DNA from: Anthoceros angustus
Lineage: Eukaryota > Plantae > Anthocerotophyta
Length of the DNA stretch: 64,000 bases
Assembly (NCBI GenBank): GCA_010909165.1
Contig: MU008158.1
Coordinates: 3,373,478 to 3,437,477, forward strand
Direction of reading: 5' to 3'
Part shown: in pieces, positions 25,713-38,329 of the stretch
How positions within the stretch are numbered: the stretch's first letter is position 1
Layout: every line of letters begins with the position of its first letter
Notes under the pieces: model-generated
The model's database searches: none
What the model saw: the letters and a program-made list of their open reading frames with translations, nothing else
Told to the model about the DNA's origin: nothing
Program-made: the position numbers and the translations under genes

Positions 25713-26400
25713 ATGGCGTACGCTGACGATGAGCAGAGTGAGGACTACCTGTTCAAGGTGATCCTCATTGGTGATTCCGCGGTGGGAAATTTCAATGTGC
25801 TCTCCAGGTACGCGCGCAACGAGTTCCACTTCAAGTCCAAGGCCGCCATCGGAGTGGAGTTCCAGACGCAGAGCATGGAGCTGGACGGCAAGGAGATCAA
25901 GGCCCAGATCTGCGAAACCGCCGGCTAGGAGCGCTTTCGGGTGGTCATCTCCGCCTACTACAGGGGCGCCGTGGGTGCGCTCATAGTCTACGACATCAGC
26001 CGCAAGCAGACCTTTGAGAACGTGGCACGCTGGCTGGAGGAGCTGCGAAGCGAGTGAGTCCTGCCAGCCAGCTCTCGCTTGCAAGCGTGTGTGGAATGGA
26101 TGCACTTGAAGTAGAGTGTCTGCTTCCTCTGCTAGCTAACTCGGTCTGCACCCGCATTGCATGGCTTGTTGCTGCGCAGTGCATTCGGACATGAGCGTGG
26201 TGGTAATGCTTGGCGGCAACCAATGTGATCTCAAGAACATCAGAGAAGTGTCGGAGGAGGAGGGCACGGCGCTCGCTTAATCGGAGAACATGTTCTTCAT
26301 CGAGACTTCGGCGTGGGATTCCACCGGCGTCACCAATGTGTTCCGGACTGTGGTGAAGGAGATCTACGGCGTAGTTAGTAGGCCGTTTACAAGTATGATG
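25713..26400 (+). pseudogene. RabA (Rab11-family, RabA5-like) GTPase pseudogene
   Basis: [58 protein letters not shown]. Stops at 25926-25928 and 26278-26280, P-loop GKS changed to GNF, intron ~26055-26179 retained, no CAAX end. Confidence 0.88.
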
Positions 26401-26777
26401 GCAGCAATGTTTACGACGTGATGCAGGAAACACATCACACACAGAACATGCAGTTGAAGGGTTGGACGGCATTGGCCTAGGACGGTCCACTGCCAACTTT
26501 CCCTGGCAGCCTCCGGAAGTACTGATGCTCCTGAAGCACTGACCCGAAGTACGCGAATTATTCCTACTTCAGTCCATGCAAGAAAACATCCACCATCTTG
26601 GGAGGCTCAATACGCATCTTATTGCGCAATGTAGGTGCATGCACGGCTGGTGACACTACCTACAAACGCTCTCAGGTCTACAGTGCAAGTCCAACCTGTA
26701 GGAATCGATTTCGAGATGCTACCACAGAAAACGATAGGCGAGCGAAGGGTCTTGCCGTTCCCAAGCCGTTGGAAAAA

Positions 26778-29218
26778 CTAGGGCTGGTTAGCCACTTCAG
26801 TTACTACTTGGGTGATATCAGAATACTGCCGTCTTCCCTTCAACAATTGCTTGGCGAAGGTCAAGGCCTTCCTCTCGCAGGCAGCTCTCCTCTCCAGATC
26901 CTGTATCGACTCCAAATCCTCAACGTGGGCAATGCCCACAACCCTCCTAATCATCTTAGCCGCAGCATATCCAAGAGTATCCTCCAGCAAGCTTGCAAAG
27001 TACTGCCTCTGGACAAGTTTGCGTGACTCAGAAGTGTTGTAGATCTCTGGCGGGTAGGCATCCCCTGGATTGGAGTCCCAACTTGCATCCCACAAGCTCG
27101 TGAACTTCTTCACAAACAGAGTCCATGTCTCCTGAATGGTGTGCAATATCCACTTCTTGTACTCATCTCTACCGCCAGGAGCAGAAGCCTGACCATCCTG
27201 AGAGTAAAACGCGAGCAACATATTTCCAATAAATGCTCCCACGTCGAAGCCCATGGGCCCGTAGAAGGCAAACTCCGGGTCAATGACCTGGGTAGAAGAC
27301 TGAGTGACCATAATGGAGCCAGTGTGCAGATCCCCATGGACCCGAGCCTCTGGACTTGCAATGAACTTGCTCCTGAGGGAGGCAATCTCAGTCTTGACAT
27401 GAATATCGCTTTGCAGAGCTGCAACATCATCATCCAGATAAGGAGAAGTCCAGCGGTTGTGGATATGGGTCATGTAAGGGTCGGAGAAGATGACCTGCTC
27501 TGTCAATCTGCACATTTCCACGTTCTCGCAGAACTGAGCGACAGCGGCCTTGTACTCCAGAGTAGACACGGCCAGAAGAGAGGAATGAAAAAGAGTCTGG
27601 GCTACAAACTCCGAGATATGCTCCGCCAGGAGCGGATAGACAGTCCCAGCAATGAGGCCCTTCCGTAGGATGATATGAGGCGGCTCCAGATACCGCATCA
27701 CGGTGAGAGCCATAGGATGGTCGAAGTAGAAGACTTCAGGCACATGCTGAGGGACAACTCGCGCTTGTTCTCTCAACGCTGTTGCCTCAAAGTAGGCACG
27801 CTCAATTGTCATCTTCCACGACTCCCCCACACACCGCACATAAGGAAGCGCCTGCTTGAGCACAAATGACCCTCCAGGACCCAGCACAATGTAGACGAAA
27901 TTGAGGTTGCCATCTCCCACTTCCTTAATCCTCCATTCCTTAGCAGTGCCCCCCAGTCGAGCTGCCAGCTCCGGCACACTCTCCACATAAGCCCGCACCT
28001 TTTCCTCCTTAAGCGCCGTAAACCCCTGACCCTTACCGGCGCCATCCTTGTGCCCGTTAGCCGCGACCTTCACAGCCTCCTCCTTCCCGATAGCCCCCGC
28101 AGCGTTGTTGCCAAGGAAGGAAGGCACATCAAACACTTCAGAACCGGGCTCCTTGGTGATAACCCCCTTGTCAGTGATGATCGCAGAGATAAACCTGGCC
28201 GGCGTCACATCAAACGCCGGATTCCAAACCCCAATCCCAGACGCAGCAACCTCAACTCCCTGCCCCCCCCCGGCGTGCGTCAGCTCCCGTGAATCCCGCT
28301 CCTCGATCACTATCTCCTTCCCGGACCGGATGCCGGTATCCACCGAGGTCACAGGAGCCGCGACATAAAATGGAACTCCATGCACAAACGCGGAGAGCGC
28401 CAGACTGTAGGTGCCGATCTTGTTGGCCGTGTCCCCGTTGGCCGCAACGCGATCGGCCCCCACCACCACCGCATGGAGGCGGCCGGAGGCCGCAAGCGCG
28501 GCCGCCGCAGAGTCCGCGATGAGCACCCCCGGGATCTTGTCATGCACCAGCTCAAAAGCCGTAAGCCTGGAGCCCTGGTTGTAGGGCCTTGTCTCGGTGC
28601 AGAAGACGGTCTCCAAGGCGCCCTTGGCGTGCACCGCCCGGACCACCCCGAGCGCCGTCCCGTACCCCGAGGTGGCCAAGCTCCCGGTGTTGCAGTGCGT
28701 GAGAAGACGCAGCTGCCGCTTCCCTCCTCCCCGCCAGCACCAGCTCCGCGCCGTGCCTGCCGATGGCCTTGTTGGCCGCCACATCATCGGCCAGCATCTG
28801 CTCCGCCGCCTGCACGTAGGCATGGAACACAGCGGCCGCGCCGCCTCCCCGCTGCCGCGTCCGAGGCCACCTGCTTGAGCTTGGCAGCGGCATCCGCTAG
28901 GTTGACGGCCGTGGGGCGGCTGGACACGAGGTGATCCAGGCGCTCCGCGATGAAAGCCGCGGCCTGGGGCGCCGACGAGGGCACGGGCAGCGCCGTCAGC
29001 TCCACGGCCAGGGACAGGGCGGCGGCGATGGCGATTGCCGGCGCGCCCCGCACCACCATGTACCGGATGGCGCGCCATCCGGCGGCCGAGTCCGGGACCT
29101 CTACAAACACCGTCTGCGCAGGTAGCTTGGTCTGGTCCAGAAGCTGCAGCTGGCCGCGAGAGTAGCGGATGGCCTGCAGCCGCCCGCCCTCCGCCTCCTG
29201 CTCCACCGCTTCCACCAT
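26778..29218 (-). CDS. MTI1-MTK1: Intronless fusion of methylthioribose-1-phosphate isomerase (N-terminal) and methylthioribose kinase (C-terminal); two frameshifts in the sequence as given
   Basis: MTI motifs [52 protein letters not shown] and NPAFDVTP, then an in-frame linker, then MTK motifs [30 protein letters not shown] and [11 protein letters not shown]. Frame changes at ~28847-28850 and ~28729-28732. Confidence 0.9.
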
Positions 29219-29639
29219 AGCTCGCTACTCGCCTGCTTCTCTGTTCTCGATTCCCCTTGGACTTCTTTTATGCTAGTTCACCTAAACTAGTTGTCGCCCG
29301 GCTACATTCACTGAACCTACAACATACCTGAAGCGATGCACGGCCTCCGTGAATCGGGTGTCCTAAGTTTCAGAACAGACAGGACAGGCAAGCTCCGTTC
29401 ATATCGTCTGACATCGCCCCACGCTTTCTATATGGCAGGACGTGGCTACCACAGTCAGCACTCTCGATCGCTCAACTACCCATTCTCATATGGACATCGC
29501 TGATAGATGTAGATAACGTACGCATAACCTTTTCTGCTTTCTTATTCCGGCTATTTTCATTCCCGAGGTTAGGACAGTAGCCCTTTAGATCATGGCGGGC
29601 CAGGGAAATTGGTTTCTCTTGACTTTCATGTGGTTGTAG

Positions 29640-30628
29640 ACGTGGTTGCTTGAGAAGCAGCTCAGTCAAGCTTTCCGATCCATCTTTCAGGACTCCTCCA
29701 TCCCTAGGTCTATGAGAGTTCGGCTTCACTCTTGGTACAAGCACTTGGCTTGTAGCTCGTCTATGTATTTGGAGTTTTATCATCACACCAACTACCTTCA
29801 CCACACCAACTACCTTCACCACTGCCATGCGATTTCGTTTTGGTCTACTCCAGCATGTGGCATCCTCCTTCTTTACCTTCGAGTGCGGCTCTGCCTTCGA
29901 TGACTCTAGGGTACACCTTGCTTGCTGTTTCCATGGGGGTCACCATATCGCCACCCACGATGTAGTTTTGCGGTGTCATGTTTGCCATAGCTCGCAAAAG
30001 CGGCTATATGGCCTAGAGAGAGCGAGGTCCACTCTTCCACAGGTCGCTCAATCAGGGCTGACTTGTACCTTGTTCGTGGTGACCAGGTCTCGGTGGCCGA
30101 CGTGGTGAGTACTGACCCTGCTCGCGACACCATATGTGCTTAGGTCATCACTAATCGTCCTAGTTGGGCTGTCACCGAAGCTGCGGCTTTCAAGGTCAAG
30201 AAGTATAGTGGAATACAAGTAGGCCACCTCTTTATTCCGCTCACATTTGACACATATGGGGCAATGGCCGAGGAATTCAATGAATTTCTCAAGTCCTGCA
30301 CCAAATATTACCACGCCTGCAGGCATGGCGCAGGGCTATCCCTTTCCTATTTTACAGCTTACTTCAGACAGCGGGTCTCCATTGCCCTTCAAAGGGCTCT
30401 CTCGACAGCAATCCTTCGCAAGGTGGCAACGGCAAGTGACGCTTCTTCCTCTTCCTCCTTGGTTTGCATGCCTTTTGTTCTTCCTGCACATGATGTTTTG
30501 GGAGTAGTAGGTAGCTTTAGGTAGGGAGCTTAGTCGCTCCTTTTCATCTTGACCCTCAGGGTTTTCCTTGGTCATCCCCTATTGGATGGGCTTCTTCCTA
30601 TCTTTTTTTCCCTTATTAAACAAAGAAG
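29640..30628 (+). mobile_element. 3' remnant of a restriction-like-endonuclease non-LTR retrotransposon (CRE/R2-like)
   Basis: Degenerate zinc knuckle ECGSAFDD..HLACC.HGG..IATHD, REL-type RADLYL...VADVVSTDP and DTYG..F..FL..YFRQRVSIALQRA, followed by a short A-rich end. Confidence 0.65.
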
Positions 30629-31698
30629 ATTCTATCATGCAACAAGCCCCTAACGGCCTTACAATAGCCGCACCTTATAACAAATAGCAGTCCCTAAACG
30701 CCTTGCAGTAGCAGGTCCTAAGGGTCTTAAAAGAGTAGCGCTTGAGGCTTAGAAATAAAACTTTTAATGAGAAGAAAATGGTCTTTTAGTCCACTGAGGA
30801 TATATGACCGTCACGGGACTAAAGAGAATATGAGATATGTAGGAGAAAAAAAATGTTAGAACTAGTTTAAGGCGAAATAGCATAGGTTTGTGACAAATTT
30901 ATCCTATTCAACATTGTTGTATGGAAATCCAACATATGTTACAAGCATAATCTTGTAGTTATAGAATTTGGAAAACAAAAAAAGTCATGGAAAAACCAGC
31001 ACATTCAAAAAGTATGCCTAAATCTTTCAATATATCTTCATAGATTGGGCAAAAGAAATAAAATCATCCGCCAGCCGTAGGCGGGTGAGGGTGAGAGTCA
31101 ACCATCCGCGCGTATGAGACCCCACACTCATTTCACCTCTGAACTTCATCCATGTTTCTTTAGCAAAACTAATAATCCCACGTTAAAGACTATCTTCGCT
31201 TTCACACGTCTTCGAAGCTGGCCATGCTCACCGGCAAAAGGTGCGGTGGCCTCCCTAATGTGTTTGGCGAGAACTGGTCCCCAAACCTTAAGACAACTTG
31301 GAGAGTGTGTCTGTATGTTTGAAGTTTGGTGGCAAGAGGGGAGGAGAGGGGAGTGCGGTTCCCGCGGTGACCGGCGTTTCGGATTTGTAGGTGGAAAACT
31401 TAACAGAGGTTGTTGATCCTAGTTGCAAACAACATTTGAGATGAAGTCGGCCGTAATTGGGTAGGGATTCTGAATCGTTGGGTAGTGCGGCACATTGCGT
31501 TGTTGTTGGGATCAAAGTTGCCTGCCTTTAGCTTGCAGCCCGAAACTTTGGGCCCTAAACTTGAAAATAATCAAATTAAATTAGAAACAATTGAAGAAGA
31601 AAAATCGCCCCACTACTTAGTGGGGTGTTGAATTTGTAGGGCACAATAGCCTCTGGGCCCGTTTGTGCAACTACCGGGGTTGCTGCTTTGCACGCGGA

Positions 31699-34418
31699 TC
31701 ATACAATCACTTCTCTCAGTGCCGCTATCAGAGCCTTGGGGTCGTATATCACCCCGACCTTTTCATCGCGCATTGAATCCACCGTCACCTGCAAGAACGA
31801 CCAGGTCATTGCAACGCACGAGTAACCAGGTCCAAGCTAAGCGCGGATTGCGACCTTACCACATTCGTGACGCCAAGGCCCGCCAACATTTCCAAATCCA
31901 AAGAAATCTCTCCCTCCTTCGGGACCAACATTACAGACACATATGTGGATGGCTGCAAATAGACAGTGGCAGCTTAGCGCGTAACCTGATGGCTAACAAG
32001 TGCAAATTGTTTTCCTCAAAAAACGCGCAACGGCCGTCATACCGGGTGATTCAGGGAGTTAACTTGATCATCACAGTACTTTCGGTTCAAAGCATCAGCT
32101 AAGGAAACCACAAAGTGCGATGCCGCCATTCCCTTTGTCTCTCGGTCATAGGTACCATTCAGCATGAACACCTGTAAAGTTGGGGAAATACACAAGGTTC
32201 AGAACTTAGAAACGTTCTGCAGTCAACCTCACGTAATCAACAAAAGAACAGCGTCCGATAACCAAAAGTGCCCTTCCAAAAAAGCAGATGGAAACCACTC
32301 GTTCTACAATCTTGGCACACTCCCTACCTTGGGACACGTTTGTTTAGATATTGTTTCCCCAACACCTCGCAAGACCTACAAACGGTAGGTAAAAACTCAA
32401 TTTCAAGAAGCTGCCAGTTGCTCCGACATGACCAAATGCCTGGATACTAACCAGAGACGGACACACAGACGTGTAGAAGGAGCCCATTCCAAATATTATG
32501 GCATCCACCTGAGACAGCTGCTCAAGCACGGTTGCATTGACCGTTGGGTACACCTGCCCATACCAAGTATGTTATGTTACGTGACGACAGTTGTGACAGC
32601 AGGGATGAGTGAAAAGTAAGAGAGAGACACATGGTAACCTCATGTAAAAGGTTGGTGCCCTCGCTTGACATGTAGAAGATTCGCTTGATAGGAGCTGGAA
32701 GTGGGGGAGATGCATGCATGACCTAATTGAGGAACCATGTCCAAAGTAGAGCAGAAGCGAGTAAAAAATCACACTTGTTGGTCGTATCCAATGGGCATCA
32801 CCACAAGAAACTCACCTTGTTGACAGTGTGCGACAATTCACCAGCCAACTTCTCAACCACAGGGTGCGAAATCTCATTTTGGCCTCTAATTATGGAGCCA
32901 TCCTGCCACGAGAAGTAAAATATGAAGTCAGAGACCAGAGATACGACCCCCCGACGACACAAATCCTCACTCTAGGAACAGTACAACCTTGCGGAAAGGG
33001 AAAAACATGGTGGGGAAGAAAATGGCACCCACATGGAGCTCACAACCAAGTGTCAGCCTATCGTTAGTGCATATCGCAGGAAGCACAAGGCTTTCTGCAG
33101 GAATCTGAGAAACACGTGAATACAGAAAAATGGCTGCATCTAAAGAACCAAAAAAAATTCGAGCGCCAGCAAAGAAAAAATTGCCGATGCTGCAGACAAA
33201 GACCTGCAGCAAAGTTAGAGACCAAACGCTTTTTAATCAAGTCGCAAAGGGAGGAAGGCAAGCAGAAAGGAAAGAGGTGCCGCAAGCAGTGATATGATGG
33301 AGCACACACGTGCATCTTGCAGACACGATGCACAAAAGAGGGAAAAGAGATGAACACTTACCTCCCGTTGGAGAAACGGAATCGTTCATAGGAGCGCTGA
33401 AGAATCTGCATCAAGTGCAGTGTGAGTGCGTGGCGGCGGGGCAAGAATGAAGTGTGCTGAAATGGGCTAACAAGAAGGCAGAATGGCAATGTGCGGAAAC
33501 AATTCCCACCTGACTCTGAAAGTGGACGAGAAAAGCACGGATGGTTTCCCTGTAAGGCCCGGACACACCCTCCCACAGCGAGTGCTCTCCTTCCACAATC
33601 TTATACCTGCAAATGTCCAAAAGACTACTCGTCAGTCCAAACACGCGGCGGCCTGGCGCCGGACAGCCGCAGCTGAGTAAACAGGCCCTACCATTCAGCC
33701 TTGGCCTTGATGTCATCAAACGGGAGCCGGTGGCCTAGGAGTCGCCTGACGGCCAAGGCCTCAGCTGAGCCCTCATCAGAAAGGCGCATGCACCGGGACC
33801 GAATGTCTCCAACAGCAGGGCCTCCTGCAGCGTGCACCGGTTGCATGAACAACCGCCACACCATACAGCAGGGTGCTGGATGGGAAAACGAGAACGCACC
33901 GAGCACGCGCACTATCTCCGCCGTGCTGCCCCCATCGTCCGAGACAGGAAGCACGTGCGCGACGCGGGTGGTGAACTTCTTCAATTCCTCCACCACCCCG
34001 TTGAACGCCGTCCCACCTGCATCCAAGCCATCTGATGAGCCAGCCAGGTTCACCCAACCCTGCAACAGGGAGTCGGCGCCGGCCCCGGCCCCGGCCCGGC
34101 TGGCGTACCGGAAAACACCACCATCGAGGGCTGCTGCGTGCGCAGCGGGCGGGGCGGCATCGGGTCCTCCAGGGCCCCCATGCCGGGATCCTCCGGCGGG
34201 AGATCAGTCGCTGACTGCGGAGGCGGCAGCGGCATGGGCATGATGGGCAGGGCGCCAGCGACATGCAATGCCCTCCAGCATTGCCATTGCCATTGCCGTT
34301 GGCGTTGCCACTGCCATGCCGGGAAGACAGCCGCGCGTGCCGCAACAAGACGCAGCGGAGGAGCGGGAATCGGAATCGCAGCGGGCAGGCGCGATCCGGG
34401 CCTCACTGGCGTGTCCAT
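31699..34418 (-). CDS. CofD/UPF0052-family protein (YNL011C/MEE18-like), multi-exon; start tentative
   Basis: MVVFSGGTAFNGVVEELK..VLPVSDDGGSTAEIVRVLGGPAVGDIRSRC, FSNGSIGNFFFAGAR, GQNEISHP, IFGMGSFYTSVCPSL and NGTYDRET; last exon ends ...LREVIV* at 31699. Confidence 0.88.
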
Positions 34419-35014
34419 GTCCCAGACGGCCAGCCATGGAGCCTGTGGCATCGGACAGGAACGTGTGTCCACTACTCCACACTGGATGGAACCAGCACCA
34501 GCAGAGAGCAGCCGAAGCAGTGCTCTTGTCCCGTTCACCCGTTCCGTTCCCGGCCCCCGTTCCGTTACTCTACACCTCCATGCCTCGAAGCGGGCGAGAC
34601 GACTCTAGGCCTTCCCAAGGACGAAACGGTCAAGAGTCCATTATTGAGTCGGGAAACGGCTGAATCGAAGAATTCGCGGGTCCCGGGGCCAGAAAGACTT
34701 GGTGTACGGGACCAAGTGGGATGTCGCATGTATTTAGACTAAAAAGGAAGGTGCAAATGGGGCTTCCTTGCTAGGGTGGTCGGTCTCCAGTCCGGGATCC
34801 TTCACGAACATTCGGCCTGCGCTGCGTGGGACCCTCCCATTGGTAGCTCAGACGTGACTGTCTGCCCCGGTTCCACCCGCGGTTAGGCAGTATATAGATC
34901 CCACCGCGCGACGTCGGATAGCACTCCATCATCTGCTCCATTGCCTTCCCCGCTCGACGGTCTGCCTGCTGCGCCAACCTTTCCTCGCCCGACGCTTGCT
35001 TTTGCTTCGTGGAA

Positions 35015-35833
35015 ATGGCTCCCAAGGTTTATGGAATGGCCGGATCGACCTGCACCGCCAGGGTGCTGGCCACTCTGTACGAGAAGGGGGTGGAGGAGGT
35101 GGAGCTGGTCCCGATCAACCTGGGAGCCGGCGAGCAAAAGAAGCCCGAGTTTCTCAAGCTGCAGCCTTTCGGTGTGATCCCTGTCTACGAGGACCAGGAC
35201 GTCACTCTTTTCGGTCAGTGCTTCTCTGCCAGAGTGTTGCATGCTGGAAGTGGTTGCCCGGAGTTTAGTCGGGAGCTGAGAGTTTAGTGCGGAGGAGCGA
35301 TGGGTGTTGGGAGGCACCGACCGGGGCAGATCGGAGGAATGCATGTTTGAGGTATGCGACTGACGGGTTGGGGTGTGGTTGCAGAGTCGCGTGCCATTGC
35401 AAGGTACGTTGCGCACAAGCACGCCTCGGAGGGGACCCTGTTGTACGGGGAGAGTGTCAAGGACAAGGCTTTGACTGAGCAGTGGCTGGAGGTGGAGTCG
35501 CAGAATTACAATCCCCTCGTTTCCAGCATCGTCTATCAGCTGGTGTTTATTAAGTGGCGCGGAGGCCAGACCGACGAGAAGGTTGTGGAGGAGAAATTGG
35601 CTCAGTTGGAGAAGGTGCTGGATATCTACGAGGAGCATCTGTCCAAGAGCAAGTATCTTGCCGGCGACTTCTTCAGCTTGGCAGATCTTTCCCACCTGCC
35701 TTACACTCACTACTTGATCAACATTGCCGGGAAGCCGGATCCGATCACGAGCCGGAAACATGTGAACGCCTGGTGGGAGGACATCTCTTCCCGCCCTGCC
35801 TGGAAGAAGGTCTTGGAGCTGTCCAAGCACTGA
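35015..35833 (+). CDS. GSTF: Phi-class glutathione S-transferase (2 exons)
   Basis: MAPKVYGMAGSTCTARV..GEQKKPEFLKLQPFGVIP..LF/ESRAIARY..YLAGDFFSLADLSHLP; one intron at ~35214-35384. Confidence 0.95.
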
Positions 35834-36573
35834 GGTGTTTCCGGTCTGTAGGGCTATAACCTCTTGGTGTGGGCTTTGCTGGGCATGTAAATATCGGTCG
35901 TGAGGGCGTCTTTAGCAATTTTCCTCGCTCTCGGGCGGAATTTCTTCTTTGAGGAAGAGGTACTGCTCCGTGATGTGGCTGAGTTGAGTAACGCAAGCTT
36001 GTAGTTGCTTCCCCCCAACTGTTCCTTCTGTTTTTTAAAAGGCTTGGAAAAATGTGGTTTTGTTTGCCGGGAATTGGCTGCTTTATCTGTGCCGACCGAG
36101 AAATGTTATCTTGGCTGTGAACATCAGAATACCTATCACTATGATAGGACGTACTAGGTACTTTGCTACTCTCTTTTTCAAACTGTTTCGGAAGAATTGA
36201 AGTTACTCTGGCATATCAGAACAATTCCACCCCACTAGGGTATCTTCATATGACCCCACTCCGAGTAACTGATAAAGCATTGGAAAATATCTAGTATCTT
36301 GTCTAGCATCTGAAACACCGATGCGTAGTCAGCAATATGCTATGCGCAAGTTCTGTAAGATCATGGTGTGGTTTGAAACTACGTGCGTACGAATGTTCCA
36401 GGCAGAGTTCTTGTTAGTACCCAACCTCCTCTAAGATTTTGGTTTTGGTAAATCCTGGTGCATACCACCCACATAGATACCAGTACGCAACAGCACGCCA
36501 CATGAAACGTAACTTACTGTCGTCCTTCTGTTTTAAATCCGCAAAGGTTTCCTCTCTTTCAAGGCATCGAGGC

Positions 36574-38172
36574 ATGTTGGGGAGGACGAAGCCATGCCTG
36601 TTCGGCCGTAGATCTGATTCGGCACGCTGGCCTTGGTTTGCGAGGACATTGTCCATGGCCTTGGCTGCTGGCGAGGGCCTTGGAGACAGCAGCAGTGCAG
36701 AGACCGGAGCTGGCACGGCCGGGTCGGGTCGTGTGACGCGGGCTTCTGCTGCTGCTGCAGCGGCAGCAGCTGGTGCGCAGTGGCAGGCGGAGTATGGGTT
36801 CTCTCCCCAGCCTTTGAGGAAGCGAGCCTCGGCTGAAAATGCGCAGGCTACACGGCCAGGGAGGGCCGGTGCTGGGAAGACTGCGCACAGGCGCAGTGCG
36901 TTGGGGAAACGAGAGCGTGAAGCTGAGGCGAATGAGGATCTGGACGCAGATAAGGCCAGCGTCCTGGGAGAGTACCGCAGGTTGGATGCCAAATTCTACC
37001 AGTGCGATGCTTTGGAGCTGGCTCCCAGACTGCTCGGCAAGTACCTCTGCCGGGACGATGTCGTTTTGCAGATCACGGAGGTGAGTACCGATTCTGAACG
37101 CTCTCTATGCATTTGCTGGCTTGTTGCTGAGTGATTGTTTCTGGCTTTTCGTGCAGGTAGAGGCCTACAGGCCGAATGATTCTGCCTGTCATGGTCGGGT
37201 AGGTGTCACCGCCAGGACTGCACCACTGGTAGGTTACTGCCAGAGGAGTCTATGGCGTTCTGGATTCTGGCTAGCTGCTAATCTGAGGCTCTCCTCTTTG
37301 TGGTCCTCCTTTGTGGTGCTTGTTCTCATGCGATTATGTGTGCAACAGTGACTGTCTCACATGGGCTTGTGGCCTGGGCAGTTTGGCCCGGGAGGTCATG
37401 CTTATGTGTTTCTCTGCTATGGACTTCACGTGATGCTGAATGTCACTGCGGATAAAGCTGGGGTCGGTGCGGCAGTGCTTATTCGCGCTTGTGCTCCAGT
37501 TTCAGGTATGTTGTTGACACTGTAAAGGACCGCTTGCTTGCCTGCCTGCAGTAGGTCGAAAGGCCCACTGCATCCTGCGTCTTCCGTTAACAAGAGTCGT
37601 TTTGAAACTTGCTTATGTGGAGCAGGCTTGAAAACTATCCAGGAGAGAAGAAAACAAGATAGTGATAAACCAGTGCTCCTCACTGGGCCTGGCAAGGTAC
37701 GCTGGTTTAGTTCTCTGCAGGCTGATCTAGTTCTTCTGTAGTATAGTGTGGCGAGTTTCTTGCCTTTTCCGTTTTAAACAAGGCGGAAGCAACCCCTGTT
37801 CTCAGACACAATGTGGGTCGTGAAGGTGGGACAAGCACTAGGGCTCACTACCGACTGGTCCAGTCATCCACTTTATGATTCTGGTACGACGATGATGGTT
37901 GCGTTTTCTTGCCTTCTTTAACTTCCTGGGATGAGTGTTACGTCTGAGAGGCTGAAGCATGGCTCTCATTTCTTGTAGGTGGCCTGCAGATCTACGACGG
38001 GCCTCTCCCCGAAAGCATCCTTGTTGGGCCTAGAGTAGGTATTGATTATGCAGATGAAAAGGATGTGGCCGCCTTGTGGAGGTTTGCTGTGGGTGGAACC
38101 CCATGGGTGAGTGCCCCTAGAAATACTTTAAGACCTGCACACCTTGAAGATCTTGGAATAAGGAGAGACTAG
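36574..38172 (+). CDS. MAG: 3-methyladenine DNA glycosylase (AAG/MPG family); start tentative
   Basis: ALELAPRLLGKYL..ITEVEAYRPNDSACHG..GPGGHAYVFLCYGLH..GAAVLIRA..LLTGPGKVGQAL..GPRVGIDYA..WRF, spliced across ~5 introns. Confidence 0.92.
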
Positions 38173-38329
38173 TGGCAGTTTATCGACATGACGACTGGGG
38201 GATCAAGCACTGGGCCGGCTTGCCAAGACACCACCTTGGAACAGAGCTGGCTTACTTAGCTAATGCTGTAGGCCGTGGCGGTGCGCACTGCCGAATGGCG
38301 GCTTATGTGTATTAGCACTCTGATATCAT

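Noticed and set aside
25926-25928. Rab stop codon rescued by U-to-C editing (TAG to CAG)
   Set aside because: Such editing is organellar, and the locus has additional lesions (second stop, P-loop loss).
34883-35830. 315-aa antisense ORF over the first GST
   Set aside because: Shadow ORF from codon bias; it crosses the intron without any recognisable protein features.
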